Made by a program: the position numbers and the translations under genes. Under the pieces are notes generated by a model. That model made no database searches and was not told the DNA's origin. It saw only the letters and a program-made list of their open reading frames with translations. Below, piece by piece: positions 62,130-64,000 of a DNA stretch of 64,000 nucleotides. Within the stretch, counting starts at the first letter, position 1. The number at the start of each line of letters is the position of its first letter. The DNA comes from an uncultured SAR116 cluster alpha proteobacterium (GTDB lineage Bacteria; Pseudomonadota; Alphaproteobacteria; Puniceispirillales; Marisalimonadaceae): NCBI GenBank assembly GCA_902592615.1, contig CACJFI010000003.1, positions 45,898-109,897 of the forward strand, read 5' to 3'.

Positions 62130-64000
62130 ATGAAAAACTTAATTAAAAAAAGGTCTGATTATAAACCTTTATTTTGGTATACCAAGGAAACATTTCTAGA
62201 ATTTTTAATATTTGATCAATACACTATTGTAAAAGCTCGAATAATTTTTAAAAAAAATAATTCTCAGGACATAGTAAATTATAATTTAGACAGTAATTTA
62301 GAATTAAATGGAGTTGACTTAGTTACCAAAAAATTTGAACTAATCCTTGATAAAAATCCACCTATAAATATAAAAATTGAGAGTCTAAAAAAACAAAATG
62401 AAGCCATTTTAATACCTATACCTTCTAATACATCTCTTGTTAAAATTATTACTGAAGTCAAAATCTATCCATCTACTAACAATACTCTTGAAGGCCTGTA
62501 TCAGAGCAACAACATGTTATGTACTCAATGTGAAGCAGAGGGTTTTAGAAAAATTACTTGGTTCCCAGATCGACCTGACAATTTGAGTTTATTTACAGTT
62601 AGAATAGAGGTAACAAATAAATTCAAAACAATACTGAGCAATGGTAATTTAATTGAAGCAGGCACTGTTAAATCTAAAACTGGAAAATGTAATAGGCAGT
62701 TTAAAGTTTGGCATGATCCATTTCCAAAGCCTTCTTATTTATTTGCATTAGTTGTTGGCAATTTAGAATCCAATTCATCCAAATATATAACATCATCAAA
62801 AAAAGAAATTAAAATCGACATTTTTTGTGAAATAGGAAATAAAAATTTTACTAATTTTGCGATGAATAGTCTAAAAAAGGCTATGAAATGGGATGAGGAA
62901 AAATATGGATTAGAATACGATTTAGATACGTTTATGATAGTAGCCGTTAGTCATTTCAATATGGGTGCTATGGAAAATAAAGGTTTAAATATTTTTAATT
63001 CAAAGTTCATTCTAGCAGATAAAAAAACTGCCACTGATAAAGATTTACAAAATATAGAAAGCATTGTAGCTCATGAGTATTTTCATAACTGGACTGGGAA
63101 TAGGGTAACTTGCAGAGATTGGTTTCAATTAACGCTGAAAGAAGGACTTACTGTTTTTAGAGATCAAGAATTTTCAGGTGATATGAACAATAGAGGTGTT
63201 AAAAGAATAGAAGATGTTTCATTATTAAGATCAGTTCAGTTTGCAGAAGATGCTGGATCTAATAGTCACCCCATAAGGCCTGATGAGTACAGAGAAATTA
63301 ATAATTTTTATACTCCAACAATTTACGAAAAGGGGGCTGAGGTTATTAGAATGATATATAATTATCTTGGTAATACTTTGTATAAAAAAGGAATGAATCT
63401 GTATTTTAACAGATATGACGGAAAGGCCGTTACGTGCGAGGATTTTACAAAAGCATTAGCTGATGGAAGTAATTTAGACTTAAGTATGTTTGAAAAATGG
63501 TATTCCCAATCTGGAACTCCCATTTTAAAAATTACACGTAAAAAGAATGATTTAGGATTAGAACTAAATTTTTCTCAAAAAATTAATAATAAAATAAGTG
63601 ATTTACCTATTCCTATAAAAATTGCTTTTTTAAATGAAAAGGGATCTCTTGTTAAATTTAGTCTCAACAACTCAAAATTAGGATATGAACACGTCTATTT
63701 ACTATCCAAAAGCAATGATAAAGCCTCTGTAAATTGTGATGAAAAAGAAATTACTCCCTCAATATTAAGAGATTTTTCTTCTCCTGTTCTTTTAAAAACA
63801 GATATTAAAATTAATGAGTATATTCATTTACTTAAATTTGATAATGATTCATTTAATAAATGGGACGCGTCTCAAAATTTATACTTAAACTGTTTTTTAA
63901 AGAAAAATAATTTAAATATTTTAATAATAACACTAAGAGAATTAATTTTAGAAAAAAAATTGAATCCTTCATTAATGGCTTTCCTTTTAGAATTACCATC
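62130..64000 (+). CDS. pepN: Aminopeptidase N (3'-partial; not in ORF track because it runs off the window)
   Basis: Hand-read: TQCEAEGFR, HDPFPKPSYLFAL, GAMENKGLNIFN, HEYFHNWTGNRVTCRDWFQL, YEKGAEVIRM. Confidence 0.95.
   Translation, partial: MKNLIKKRSDYKPLFWYTKETFLEFLIFDQYTIVKARIIFKKNNSQDIVNYNLDSNLELNGVDLVTKKFELILDKNPPINIKIESLKKQNEAILIPIPSNTSLVKIITEVKIYPSTNNTLEGLYQSNNMLCTQCEAEGFRKITWFPDRPDNLSLFTVRIEVTNKFKTILSNGNLIEAGTVKSKTGKCNRQFKVWHDPFPKPSYLFALVVGNLESNSSKYITSSKKEIKIDIFCEIGNKNFTNFAMNSLKKAMKWDEEKYGLEYDLDTFMIVAVSHFNMGAMENKGLNIFNSKFILADKKTATDKDLQNIESIVAHEYFHNWTGNRVTCRDWFQLTLKEGLTVFRDQEFSGDMNNRGVKRIEDVSLLRSVQFAEDAGSNSHPIRPDEYREINNFYTPTIYEKGAEVIRMIYNYLGNTLYKKGMNLYFNRYDGKAVTCEDFTKALADGSNLDLSMFEKWYSQSGTPILKITRKKNDLGLELNFSQKINNKISDLPIPIKIAFLNEKGSLVKFSLNNSKLGYEHVYLLSKSNDKASVNCDEKEITPSILRDFSSPVLLKTDIKINEYIHLLKFDNDSFNKWDASQNLYLNCFLKKNNLNILIITLRELILEKKLNPSLMAFLLELP

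Overview
AT-rich (roughly 25-30% GC by eye) chromosomal window of an alphaproteobacterium: it has ALA-synthase hemA, gcrA, an alphaproteobacterial LexA box before recA and a suf operon, and the compact gene content suggests a streamlined marine lineage (exact taxon not determinable). Most of the window is housekeeping: mrdA-rodA, glmU/glmS, lptD, suf, queA-tgt-queG, amtB-glnK, hemH/hemA, dksA, recA, alaS, pepN, tRNA-Ala and tRNA-Gly. The notable part is an accessory island starting exactly at the 3' end of glmS (7605 to about 18200). The last six codons of glmS (S-V-T-V-E-stop) recur five more times (9181, 10916, 11513, 12734, 14233), four of them as synonymous variants. These sites cut the island into 0.6-1.7 kb units. 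In four of the five complete units the two ends are inverted repeats placed symmetrically around a central AC dinucleotide, with three different arm sequences. Four units carry a 100-140 aa stand-alone serine-recombinase DNA-binding (Recombinase-domain) ORF whose frame begins at or crosses the site, plus variable cargo (HEPN-like protein, polysaccharide-lyase-like lipoprotein, small membrane peptides); an ORF-less unit carries an N-formylglutamate amidohydrolase. No catalytic integrase or Tn7 gene is in the window. I interpret this as a tandem array of glmS-targeted mini integrative cassettes; the mechanism is inference. Other oddities are a CysQ-Sua5 fusion, a divergent IDH-fold protein and a GC-rich MBL gene insertion.
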